64,000 nt of DNA from NCBI GenBank assembly GCA_016718825.1, contig JADKCL010000001.1:152574-216573 (forward strand). The letters are read 5' to 3'. Position numbers and translations under genes: made by a program. Source of the DNA: Bacteroidota bacterium (lineage in GTDB: Bacteria > Bacteroidota > Bacteroidia > J057 > JADKCL01). Within the stretch, counting starts at the first letter, position 1. Each line of letters begins with the position of its first letter. A model generated the notes under the pieces. The model ran no database searches, had not been told where the DNA came from, and was given only the letters and a program-made list of their open reading frames with translations. This document shows positions 1 to 8,811 of this stretch, one piece after another.

Positions 1-702
1 TCGATTCCACGGGAAGATCCAAAGCGCAAAAAGAAGAAAAAGAAGAAGCCCGGTCAGGAGGGCACTTCGAATGCCAACCGTCCGCGGGAAGCACGTGTAG
101 AATCTGGTACACCCGGTTCAGAAGGCGAAGCTCCAAGAGTAGAAGGTCAAGACCAACGTGGTCCCCGCCCGCAAAATCAGCAGCCTCGTGACGGTCAACG
201 TCAGCAAGGTGGCCGGGACAACCGTGGTCCCCGTCCGCAAAATCAGCAAAAGCAAGGCGGCCCAAGGCCCGAAGGTCAGGAAAATCGTGGCCCGAGACCA
301 GAAGGCCAACAGCGCCAAGGCGGTCCAAGGCCCGAGGGTCAGGAAAATCGTGGTCCACGCCCGCAGAATCAACAGAAGCAAGGTGGTCCAAGGCCTGAAG
401 GCAAGGAAAATCGTGGTCCAAGACCCGAAAATCAAGGGAAACAGCAAGGTCCAAGACCCGAAAACAAGGATCAGCGCGGTCCAAAACCGCAGCAACCGCC
501 ACGCAACGAGGGAAATCCGCAGGAGCAGCAGCCCCGCAGGGAGCAAGGTCCAAGGCCGGAGCAGAAGCCTCGGAACGAAGGCGGGCAGAATCAGAATACC
601 AGCGGGCGCGACTTTAGGAAAATCGCAAAGAAGCCTTCCAATGACCGTCCGGGCCAAGGGCCGGATGGCGGAGGAAATTCCAACCCACCCGCCAACTCAT
701 GA
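1..702 (+). CDS. 3' end of a CDS entering from upstream. It encodes a low-complexity R/G/P/Q/E/N-rich C-terminal tail; the parent protein is unknown.
   Basis: Frame +1 is open from base 1 to the TGA at 700-702. Manual translation: ...KRKKKKKKKPGQEG...QGGPRPEGQENRGPRPEGQQR/QGGPRPEGQENRGPRPQNQQK/QGGPRPEGKENRGPRPENQGK...NSNPPANS*. The stop overlaps the next gene's ATG (ATGA). It is absent from the ORF track because it has no start codon in the window. Confidence 0.5.
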   Translation, partial: SIPREDPKRKKKKKKKPGQEGTSNANRPREARVESGTPGSEGEAPRVEGQDQRGPRPQNQQPRDGQRQQGGRDNRGPRPQNQQKQGGPRPEGQENRGPRPEGQQRQGGPRPEGQENRGPRPQNQQKQGGPRPEGKENRGPRPENQGKQQGPRPENKDQRGPKPQQPPRNEGNPQEQQPRREQGPRPEQKPRNEGGQNQNTSGRDFRKIAKKPSNDRPGQGPDGGGNSNPPANS

Positions 703-1178
703 TGCAGCGATTCCGCACATGGTGTTTCTTGGTGGGGATTCTGATCGTGTTTTCAGGATGCTCCAAACATTGGCAGTCCGCTGAAAAGGACTTTGAAAGC
801 AAGTGTTGGAGTGTTTCGGATACCTTGGTGCTGTCATTCGAAAACACGGACACGAATGCGGTCTACGAATTGTCGTTTCCGGTGACCGTCAATGATGATT
901 ATCCCTTTCACAACCTTTATTTGCATGTGATATTGAATGCACCTTCGGGCGATGCATCGACCATTCCCACGGAATTTGTCTTGGCAGATCCCAACGGGAA
1001 TTGGTTGTCGGAGCCATCGGGGGAGGTTGTACCGTTCCTGCTGAAGGTTCCGGAGGGGATTCGCTTCAGCCAAACTGGGAAATATTCACTGCGGCTGTTT
1101 CACTACATGCGTGACCCCGACCTTTGCGGTGTGGAAAGCGCCGGGATTGCCGTAGATCCGATGGTGGTGGAGCAATAA
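699..1178 (+). CDS. gldH: gliding motility lipoprotein GldH
   Basis: 159 aa with a lipoprotein signal (LIVFSGC). DDYPFHNLYLHVILNAPSG...FVLADPNGNWL and the C-terminal GVESAGIAV match my recollection of F. johnsoniae GldH (NDYPFNNLFL...P.G...A.PDG). Confidence 0.75.
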   Translation: MMQRFRTWCFLVGILIVFSGCSKHWQSAEKDFESKCWSVSDTLVLSFENTDTNAVYELSFPVTVNDDYPFHNLYLHVILNAPSGDASTIPTEFVLADPNGNWLSEPSGEVVPFLLKVPEGIRFSQTGKYSLRLFHYMRDPDLCGVESAGIAVDPMVVEQ

Positions 1179-2498
1179 TTAGAGGTGGATTTCCATCGCC
1201 GGCAGTAGGCGCTCCAATGCCATTCCACGAGATCCTTTTAGCAGGATGAATTGGCAACCCTCCAAATCCTTGGCGATATTGGCTTGCGCCTCCGCAATCG
1301 TCTCATAACTCCGCACCTTATCATCGTCCTGCGGAATACTCTTCAAAAAATGGGGACCGATGCCAACGATCAACGCATTCGGGAGTTGCTTTCGTGCAAA
1401 TTCCCAAATCTCCGAATGCAATTCGTCAGATGTTGGACCAAGTTCAAACATGTCTCCGAGGACTAACGCCACCGATGCGTGTTCTTGGGCTGCGATGCTG
1501 GCAATGGTTGCCTTCATGGAAGACGGGTTCGCATTGTAGGCATCAAGCAAGATGCTGCGTTCGCCTTGACGGTGCAATTGACTGCGGTTCATTCGGGGAA
1601 GGTATCCTGCAAGGGCGGTCTGAATGCCTTCGTCACTGATGCCGAAGTGTTGCCCTACCGCCACGGCAAGCAAGGCATTTTCTGCATTGTGGCGACCATG
1701 GAGATGAATGCGCGCCTGCAGACTTTTGCCACGTGCGACCAACGTGATGAATTGGCCTTCCTCGTTTTCTTGCGTCCGGAGAATGTGGTACGGACTCTCC
1801 GGGGAACCATATCCGATATTTTCGGAAATGCCCGCCGCAACTTCGGCTACCAACGGATCATTCTCGTTGACAAATGCAATGCCTTGATGCTCGCGCAAAA
1901 AGTCAAACATTTCGCCCTTGGTACGCTGCACGCCAAGGATTCCGCCCATGCCTTCCAAGTGTGCTTGGCCAATGTTGGTGATCACCCCGTGTGTCGGCAG
2001 GGCAATGTTCACCAATTCTTCGATGTCCTTTGGTTTGTTCGCGCCCATTTCGATGACCGCAATTTCCGTTTCCGGGGGCATGGCGAGCAGGGTCAACGGA
2101 ACGCCGATGTGGTTGTTGAGATTGCCTTGGGTCGCGTATGCGCGACGCTCGGAACTGAGCACGGCGTGCACCAACTCCTTGGTAGTGGTTTTCCCATTGC
2201 TGCCGGTGATTGCAAATACCGGAATATCAAAGGTTTCCCGGTATTGCCGTGCGAGCCCCTGCAAGGCAAGTAATACATTCGGGACCAAAATGTAACGGTC
2301 GTCATCCTCTGGCACGACTGCGGGGTCATCGACAACCACGAATCCTGCACCGTCAAGAAGAGCTTGGGCCGCAAATCGATTGCCATCAAAGTTGTCACCT
2401 TTGAGCGCAAAAAAAATGTCCCCGAGCCGGATCTTCCGTGTATCCGTGGAAACAGCCTTTTGTCTCAGGTAGGCTTCCCAGATTTTTGATTGCGGCAT
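1179..2498 (-). CDS. murF: UDP-N-acetylmuramoyl-tripeptide--D-alanyl-D-alanine ligase
   Basis: 439 aa with the Mur ligase P-loop ITGSNGKTTTKEL, DAYNANPSSM, and typical MurF length and layout. Confidence 0.9.
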   Translation of the reverse strand: MPQSKIWEAYLRQKAVSTDTRKIRLGDIFFALKGDNFDGNRFAAQALLDGAGFVVVDDPAVVPEDDDRYILVPNVLLALQGLARQYRETFDIPVFAITGSNGKTTTKELVHAVLSSERRAYATQGNLNNHIGVPLTLLAMPPETEIAVIEMGANKPKDIEELVNIALPTHGVITNIGQAHLEGMGGILGVQRTKGEMFDFLREHQGIAFVNENDPLVAEVAAGISENIGYGSPESPYHILRTQENEEGQFITLVARGKSLQARIHLHGRHNAENALLAVAVGQHFGISDEGIQTALAGYLPRMNRSQLHRQGERSILLDAYNANPSSMKATIASIAAQEHASVALVLGDMFELGPTSDELHSEIWEFARKQLPNALIVGIGPHFLKSIPQDDDKVRSYETIAEAQANIAKDLEGCQFILLKGSRGMALERLLPAMEIHL

Positions 2499-2534
2499 CT
2501 TGTTTCCGTAATTTTAGTCAAAATTAAGCGTTCG

Positions 2535-4781
2535 ATGAATTCTGCCAAATACCTCTTTCTCCTCTTGCTTGGATTCAGTGCAAACTTGGTGAATGCCCAA
2601 AACTATGTTTTTTCCAATGACATTCCAGTAAGTGCTGCAAGCCTTTCGCTTCCGATGGCCTGGGCTGGCGGACTGAATGCCCCGCAATTCAGCGAAATTG
2701 ACTTGGACAACGATGGACGAATGGACCTTGCCGTCTTCGATCGGGTCGGTCCACGGTTGCTGACTTTTCGCAATCGCGGAGCTGCTGGGCAGATCGACTA
2801 TGAATTTGCGCCGCATTTCATTTCCCAGTTTCCAGCCAATATGAAGGACTGGATGCTGTTGCGTGATTTTGACGATGACGGGTACGTCGATATTTTCACA
2901 GCAGTTCCCCAAGTATCGAATGTGCGTGTTTATCGCAATACATCTGCTTTGACGGGAGGCACTTTAAGTTTTAGCCTATTTAAGGACACAATCATTTCCG
3001 TCTATCCGCCGACGCTGGCCTTGTATAGCGGAAAATCTGATATTCCTGGGATTGACGACATAGATGGAGACGGCGATTTGGACATCTTGACATTCGGAGT
3101 CGGAGGACAAAAGATCGAATGGCATAAAAATCTCTCGGTGGAAAACACCGGAGGATTGCTTGGGATGGATTTTGACCTCCAATCTCGATGTTTTGGACAT
3201 TTTGAGGAAGACGCATTCACCTGTGAGGCCCTGATCAATCGCATTCCATGTGGCACAGGGGAGCGCTCCGGATACGATGGCAGGGACTTGGAAAATGCGG
3301 TTTTGCATGCAGGTTCGACGACCCTGTCATTGGATTTGAATGCAGATGGACTCAAGGATCTGATCATCGGTGATGTTGGCTGCCCCACGTTGTATGCCTT
3401 GGTGAATGGCGGGACAACCCAAATTGCGCATTTTGTTTCGACGGAGGATCACTACCCCAACAGTGATTCATCGGTACATGTTACGAGTTTTCCTGCACCC
3501 TTTTACCTGGACATCGACAATGACGGTGTCAAGGATTTGCTGACTGCTCCCAACAATACCTCGCTCTTGGAGGATGTGACGGGCGTGATGTTTCACAAAA
3601 ACCTGGGCACGACATCACAACCAGACTTCGAATTTCAGCGCTATGGCGTTTTCCAGGAGGGAATGATCGACATCGGCACGGCGGCAGCACCAGCTTTCTT
3701 GGACTACAATGGAGATGGCTTGCTCGATCTTTTGGTGGGTGGTGCGGGGCGATACGATTCATTGGTCGGTTATTTGCCTCGTTTGCAATTGTTTGAAAAC
3801 GTGGGCACCGCACAATTACCTGCATTTGAAATGGTTGATCCAGATTATTTGGGTTTGCATGGAAATTCGGCGTTTGCGAATATCAGCTGGATCAAACCGG
3901 CGCCGGGAGATTTGGATGGCGATGGCGATCAAGACCTGCTGTTAGGCTGTTCCGATGGCACGCTATTTTATTTCCTCAACACTGCGCCGCCCAATACTGC
4001 TGCCAATTTCATCCTGACGACGGCCAACTATGCAGCAATCGACGTTGGAACCAACTGCGCGCCGCAATTGGTAGACCTGGACAATGACAGCGACCTCGAT
4101 CTTTTGGCAGGAAATCACCGGGGCTATGTTCACTATTTCGCCAATAACGGAACCGCCTCCTTGCCCAGTTTTGTCTTGGTGGATGATACTTTTGGAATGG
4201 TCAAGGTCAATGACCAGTCTGGACAGCCGGTTTCCAATGGATTTTCCCAGCCGTTTGCCGTTGATTATGACGATGACGGTGATTTAGACCTTTTGGTCGG
4301 TGGAATTGATGGCCTCGTGGCAGTCTATGAAGACATTAGTCCTGTTTCCGGCGCCACTTTTGTACGTGGACAGGATTTGTTTGGCCTCGATTTTGGATTG
4401 TATGCCAATCCAGTTGCTGTGGTGCTGGACAGTGCGCGCCTCACCTACGTGGTAGGTGACATGCGTGGCGGGTTGATGCTGTTGCGCGATGCTGGAGCAG
4501 TAGGCACCGTTGCAGGCGAATCCCCCTTGGAAGGCAATCTCAAGCTTTTTCCAAATCCTGCAATGGGACAAGCTTCATTCCTGTTTTCGGGGACAAATGG
4601 ATTCAATAAGGGTCGTTACCAAGGCTACGATGCCATGGGAAGGGAGTCCTTTGCCGGGGATTGGCAGGCGAATGGAGGCACCATTGACCTTGGAAAAATT
4701 CGGCCAGGTATTTATTGGATCGTTTTCACCGCCAAGTCGGGCACGCTCTCCAGCAAGCTGATCGTGACGGAAAGTCGCTGA
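2535..4781 (+). CDS. FG-GAP/VCBS-repeat protein with a T9SS type A C-terminal sorting domain
   Basis: The ATG at 2535 gives the signal peptide MNSAKYLFLLLLGFSANLVNAQ. Repeated DxDxDGxxD(L/I) FG-GAP-like motifs are present (DLDNDGRMDL, DIDGDGDLDIL, DYNGDGLLDLL, DLDGDGDQDLL, DYDDDGDLDLL). The C-terminus LKLFPNPAMGQASFLF...GIYWIVFTAKSGTLSSKLIV is a Por secretion tail. Confidence 0.8.
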   Translation: MNSAKYLFLLLLGFSANLVNAQNYVFSNDIPVSAASLSLPMAWAGGLNAPQFSEIDLDNDGRMDLAVFDRVGPRLLTFRNRGAAGQIDYEFAPHFISQFPANMKDWMLLRDFDDDGYVDIFTAVPQVSNVRVYRNTSALTGGTLSFSLFKDTIISVYPPTLALYSGKSDIPGIDDIDGDGDLDILTFGVGGQKIEWHKNLSVENTGGLLGMDFDLQSRCFGHFEEDAFTCEALINRIPCGTGERSGYDGRDLENAVLHAGSTTLSLDLNADGLKDLIIGDVGCPTLYALVNGGTTQIAHFVSTEDHYPNSDSSVHVTSFPAPFYLDIDNDGVKDLLTAPNNTSLLEDVTGVMFHKNLGTTSQPDFEFQRYGVFQEGMIDIGTAAAPAFLDYNGDGLLDLLVGGAGRYDSLVGYLPRLQLFENVGTAQLPAFEMVDPDYLGLHGNSAFANISWIKPAPGDLDGDGDQDLLLGCSDGTLFYFLNTAPPNTAANFILTTANYAAIDVGTNCAPQLVDLDNDSDLDLLAGNHRGYVHYFANNGTASLPSFVLVDDTFGMVKVNDQSGQPVSNGFSQPFAVDYDDDGDLDLLVGGIDGLVAVYEDISPVSGATFVRGQDLFGLDFGLYANPVAVVLDSARLTYVVGDMRGGLMLLRDAGAVGTVAGESPLEGNLKLFPNPAMGQASFLFSGTNGFNKGRYQGYDAMGRESFAGDWQANGGTIDLGKIRPGIYWIVFTAKSGTLSSKLIVTESR

Positions 4782-4795
4782 CGCTAGCCGCGTTT

Positions 4796-5359
4796 TTACA
4801 GAGGTTGCGATTCAAAACCGATTCTATTCTGCTCCATTTGCAGACAATGTCGCTGAGCATGTCGGCAGAGGAAGACCACATACTGGTACACATCCAATTT
4901 CCCGATTTCATTGACGGTCATGGTTGTTTTTGTATGATGGCCCCAACCACCCTCCAAAGACTTGACGGCGTCTTTGCACCGATGCATTTGAGATAGAAAG
5001 TTCTCTTTTGTTACTCCCGGGATTGAATTTGTGCGTGGATCCATGTGATCGGGGCGATGCCAAACGAACGCCTGAAAGACACCGGCTTCAGCCAAAGCCT
5101 CCGGAATCAACTGATAATTTGGGTCCAAGTAGATCTCTGTCCCTTTTGCCTTGGCTGCGAGGCTTTTGCGCGTACCCTTTTCGATGAGGAGCAGGAGATA
5201 GTGACTTGTAAGGACAATATGGTCCAAAATCTCCGTGATGGACCAGCCGTTTGTGGGCGGAACCCAGGATGCGAGTTCGGGCTTGGAGTCAAACCAAGGC
5301 AGCACGCGGGTGACGGCGTCTTCAATTTCTGCGAGAGTCGTGGATTCGTGAGGTGTCAT
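4796..5359 (-). CDS. DinB-family (DinB_2-like) protein
   Basis: 187 aa with a four-helix-bundle His pattern: WSITEILDHIVLTSHY and a C-terminal CRHAQRHCLQMEQN. Confidence 0.65.
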   Translation of the reverse strand: MTPHESTTLAEIEDAVTRVLPWFDSKPELASWVPPTNGWSITEILDHIVLTSHYLLLLIEKGTRKSLAAKAKGTEIYLDPNYQLIPEALAEAGVFQAFVWHRPDHMDPRTNSIPGVTKENFLSQMHRCKDAVKSLEGGWGHHTKTTMTVNEIGKLDVYQYVVFLCRHAQRHCLQMEQNRIGFESQPL

Positions 5360-5447
5360 GGCTTTGAAAAGAGGTGTAGGAAAAAAGGAAATCGGGCTAG
5401 AAGTTGCCTCCTAGCCCGATCATTTGATAATCCTTTTTACGCTTGGA

Positions 5448-6608
5448 TTAGAATGGGCTTCCCAAACGGATCATGGCGCAACGGAAACCGATCATCGCAG
5501 AGCTAGAGTCGGCATTGTAGAAGCGGCGTGAACCAGGGGTGAGGAAGTAAGCGATATCTGCCCAGCTACCACCGCGATACACTTTGATGTTGTCGAACTG
5601 CGAGTTGTTCGGCTCATTTGGATCGGGGTTGAAGAGGAGCGAGTTTTTCTCGTTGTAAGTAAAGTCATCCAACCACTGGTCAGGGCGCAATTCGGTGCGG
5701 CCACGGCGGCGGTTAGGGTTGAGGTCTTCGACATCTTCGCCGGAGAGCACACGGTAGGTATCCATGGTCCACTCGCAAACGTTGCCAGCCATATTGTAGG
5801 CACCGAAGTCGTTAGGATAGAAGGAGCGCACAGGAGCGGTGATCATGTAGCCGTCTGTGTAGTGGCGGCCATCGCCACCAGCCCAGCCAGCGTAGTCACC
5901 ACGGCCGCGCTTGAAGTTGGCACGGAAACGGCCTTCTTGATCGCGGAGTGATTTACCTTCCCAAGGATAGTTTTCTTCTTCGAGGAGACCACGGGCAGCA
6001 TATTCCCATTCGGCTTCCGTCGGGAGACGGTAGGCAGGATAGAGAATTTCTTCTGGGTCACGCTCCATGATCGTTTTGTTGACGATCACTGTACGCCACT
6101 TAGCATATTCGTTGGCTTGGTGCCAGTTCACACCAACCACAGGGTAGGTATTGAATGCTTCGTGAGCGTAGTAGTATTGGGTATAAGGGTCGTTGAATGC
6201 GAGGTCGCGCAACCATACCGTGGTATCAGGATAAAGTTGGCGGTGCATTACGTCACCTGAATCTTTCAAGATATACCAAAGGAACTCTTTGTAGTCCACG
6301 TTGGCAATTTCGGTTTCATCGATGTAGAAGGAGTGAACCGTCACTTGACGCTCACGGTTGTTCATGTTCCATTCGATGTCTTTTTCGCCACCGCCCATGA
6401 TGAAGGTACCACCTTGCACAAAGACGAGGCCTGGCGCTGGATCCATGCCCTCAAATTTCCGAACTTGGAATCCGCCCTCTTCGTTGTATTTCAGACCAGT
6501 TTTGGTACTGTTTTTGCCAACGAAGTTGATGTTGCTTCCGCCTCCGCAGCCGAAGAAGGTTCCTGTGATGACAGCGATCACGAGGAATAGCAAACTTTTC
6601 TGTCTCAT
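5448..6608 (-). CDS. gldJ: SUMF1/FGE-domain gliding/T9SS lipoprotein, GldJ-like (GldJ/GldK family)
   Basis: 386 aa with a lipoprotein signal (GTFFGCGGGS). N-terminal GLKYNEEGGFQV...PGLVFVQGGTFIMGG is followed by an FGE/sulfatase-modifying-factor fold (NVCEWT, YRGGSWAD, IGFRCA). It is shorter than the ~560-aa F. johnsoniae GldJ, so the subfamily assignment is tentative. From memory, murF-gldJ linkage is known in Flavobacterium. Confidence 0.6.
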   Translation of the reverse strand: MRQKSLLFLVIAVITGTFFGCGGGSNINFVGKNSTKTGLKYNEEGGFQVRKFEGMDPAPGLVFVQGGTFIMGGGEKDIEWNMNNRERQVTVHSFYIDETEIANVDYKEFLWYILKDSGDVMHRQLYPDTTVWLRDLAFNDPYTQYYYAHEAFNTYPVVGVNWHQANEYAKWRTVIVNKTIMERDPEEILYPAYRLPTEAEWEYAARGLLEEENYPWEGKSLRDQEGRFRANFKRGRGDYAGWAGGDGRHYTDGYMITAPVRSFYPNDFGAYNMAGNVCEWTMDTYRVLSGEDVEDLNPNRRRGRTELRPDQWLDDFTYNEKNSLLFNPDPNEPNNSQFDNIKVYRGGSWADIAYFLTPGSRRFYNADSSSAMIGFRCAMIRLGSPF

Positions 6609-6708
6609 CGTGTAGTAACGTTTAAAAAGGATTACAAAACTAAACTAGCAGTGCCTATTTATATTCTTGACTTATACTAATTCCGAGAGGTAACAAAGAT
6701 AGATTGAA

Positions 6709-7752
6709 TCAATATCTCGGACAAGGCATTTTTCTGTGCTTGAAGTACGTTGGCTTATTGCGCTCAAATTCCATGATCAGCGCAAGCTCGTGCGAACCGC
6801 CGGAAATGCCGTTGGTCAAGCGTGAGAGCGTATAATCATAAGAGTAGCCAATCGAGAAAATGCCTTGTTTGAAACCAATCAAACCAGCGAGCATGTCGCT
6901 TGTGACAAATTGTCCCTCAAAATTATTGTAGTTGGTGCGGTACCAGAGACCAAAGACCATCGGGTCAATGTTCACATAGGCACCGAGATTCAGTTGGTTG
7001 AAATTGCGCTGCTTCATAAAAATGACAGCTGGCGAAATCGCAACCTTGTCTGGATCATTGGGTGGGCCAACAGGAATTTTCAAACCTGCGGTGGCGGTAA
7101 ACTTCGTTGGAAGGCGCAAGGAGTCGCCACTGTTGACGGTCGTGATGAACGTCTGATAGGGCTGTGTCAAGTGGTGTGCAGAGACACCAACCCATGCTAC
7201 GCGGTTGTAATAGACAGCACCAAAGTGGATGTCTGGATTAAAACGGCTTTGCGTTGGGAAAACTTCTTGCGTTGCATAGATAAAACCCTCTCTTGGATCA
7301 ATCTGATCCGAGAAACGGAGTTTCTGAAAGTCGATGCTCGCTTGCTCCAATCCGCCACCCAAACCAAGGCGCAGATTTTGCTCATGGCCTCTACGGCCAA
7401 ATTGCATTGCAAACGAGTAGTTGAGATTCACCGTGAGCTTGGAAAGATTGCCTTCGCCAGCTTGGTCGCGGGTGATGGTGCCACCTAGTCCTTGCTGGGT
7501 TTTGCCCTTGCCGAGCAAAATCGGCTGGTCATAGGAAAACGCCTGCTGCCGGTAGGTGCCTGGAATGGCGACCCACTGGGCACGGTAGTTGATCGAAACC
7601 CGGGGTCCCAACGCAGCTCCAGTAAAAGCCGGATTCAGCAAAGGCTGATTGGCATAAAACTGAGTGTATTGGGGATCCTGGGCGTGCGCTTGCGCAAATC
7701 CCGCTACTGCGAAATATGCTAGCACAAAAATACGCGTGATGCCTCTTTTCAT
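6709..7752 (-). CDS. T9SS membrane protein, PorP/SprF family
   Basis: 347 aa with a signal peptide. The hallmark N-terminus is QDPQYTQFYANQPLLNPAFTGA, and the C-terminus is SGGSHELALIMEF. Confidence 0.85.
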   Translation of the reverse strand: MKRGITRIFVLAYFAVAGFAQAHAQDPQYTQFYANQPLLNPAFTGAALGPRVSINYRAQWVAIPGTYRQQAFSYDQPILLGKGKTQQGLGGTITRDQAGEGNLSKLTVNLNYSFAMQFGRRGHEQNLRLGLGGGLEQASIDFQKLRFSDQIDPREGFIYATQEVFPTQSRFNPDIHFGAVYYNRVAWVGVSAHHLTQPYQTFITTVNSGDSLRLPTKFTATAGLKIPVGPPNDPDKVAISPAVIFMKQRNFNQLNLGAYVNIDPMVFGLWYRTNYNNFEGQFVTSDMLAGLIGFKQGIFSIGYSYDYTLSRLTNGISGGSHELALIMEFERNKPTYFKHRKMPCPRY

Positions 7753-8089
7753 ATCACAGTGCCAAAATTTTACAAACTGTCAGCTTCTTTAGCTCTGAGT
7801 TGATAAAACATTAAACAAACCGCCCAGCAAATATCTATTTCGTAAAGATAGATAAAAATATTCAAAATCCCATCGCTACGAAAAAAAATGACAGACTCAA
7901 GAGCGATTTATACACAGCTTGTGGTTTCCGGCATTTTTGCGCCTTTGACCACTCTACTGAGGAAACCTACCCAAAATCGTCTTACCTATTCGCAAGCAGC
8001 AATGGAACCTGTGCTTCTCAATCAGGTGCTAAGGTAGGCATTCCATGTGAATTGATTTTACTTTTCCCCATTTCCACCACATATTTTTT

Positions 8090-8097
8090 TAATTTTG
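8090..8097 (+). promoter_or_regulatory. candidate Bacteroidota -7 promoter box (TAATTTTG) upstream of sdaAB
   Basis: Exact match to the TAnnTTTG consensus, 33 nt upstream of the ATG at 8130, inside an AT-rich 377-bp intergenic region. Confidence 0.3.
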
Positions 8098-8129
8098 GAT
8101 GATTGGCTGAAATACAGCACAAGAAAGAT

Positions 8130-8807
8130 ATGTCAGACAGGAGTAGCATTTTTGATATGATTGGCCCGGTGATGATCGGGCCAAGTAGCTCACATACTGC
8201 CGGCGTGGTGCGTATTGGACGCGTTGCAAGGCGTATTTTGGGCGCTCAGCCCACAGATGTCGTCATTACTTTCTACAATTCTTTTGCCCGGACCTATGAA
8301 GGTCATGGCAGCGATCGCGCCATCCTTGCAGGGTTGATGGACATGGCAACGGATGACGAAAGAATCCGGGAGGCAAAAAAATTGGCTACAGAATCCCATA
8401 TCAATTTCCAATTTAAGGCCGTCAACAATGCATCCGCCATGCATCCCAATACGGTACGCGTCGTCGCAAATGCCGGAAATGAGCATACGGAAGTCGTGGG
8501 TGTTTCGCGTGGCGGTGGCCTGATCTCCATCATCGAGATCGACGGATTCCGCTGCAATTTCACTGCCCAACGCCATACTTTGGTCGTTTCTGCCCAAGAT
8601 CTCAAAGGCACAATCGCTTTTGTAGCTACCGTACTCAGCAATGATGATTGCAACATCGCCACGATGAGCGTCGACCGAAAGGCTAAAAATTCACAAGCGA
8701 GGCTTGTCATTGAAATTGATTCGGCACCGCGGCCACTTACGATTGAGTACCTTCGGAGTGTGCATTGGATTGAAAAAGTTACTTACCTTCCAGACATACA
8801 CATATAA
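8130..8807 (+). CDS. sdaAB: L-serine ammonia-lyase (Fe-S dependent), beta subunit
   Basis: SIFDMIGPVMIGPSSSHTAGVVRIGRVAR plus a C-terminal ACT-like domain. It is collinear with B. subtilis SdaAB (~220 aa). I prefer the ATG at 8130 over the upstream TTG at 8103. Confidence 0.85.
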   Translation: MSDRSSIFDMIGPVMIGPSSSHTAGVVRIGRVARRILGAQPTDVVITFYNSFARTYEGHGSDRAILAGLMDMATDDERIREAKKLATESHINFQFKAVNNASAMHPNTVRVVANAGNEHTEVVGVSRGGGLISIIEIDGFRCNFTAQRHTLVVSAQDLKGTIAFVATVLSNDDCNIATMSVDRKAKNSQARLVIEIDSAPRPLTIEYLRSVHWIEKVTYLPDIHI

Positions 8808-8811
8808 TAAC

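Noticed and set aside
118-784. ORF-track entries 118..657(-) (179 aa) and 158..784(+) (208 aa)
   Set aside because: Both are off-frame readings of the 63-nt repeat region and have extreme L/R/W/T or K/V/R compositions. Frame +1, open from base 1 and ATGA-coupled to gldH, is the plausible coding frame.
7753-8129. Possible riboswitch or structured leader upstream of sdaAB, in the AT-rich 377-bp gap with CCTACC...GGTAGG complementarity
   Set aside because: I could not match it to any riboswitch consensus I know (for example glycine or SAM). The pairing is short and unconvincing without covariation analysis.
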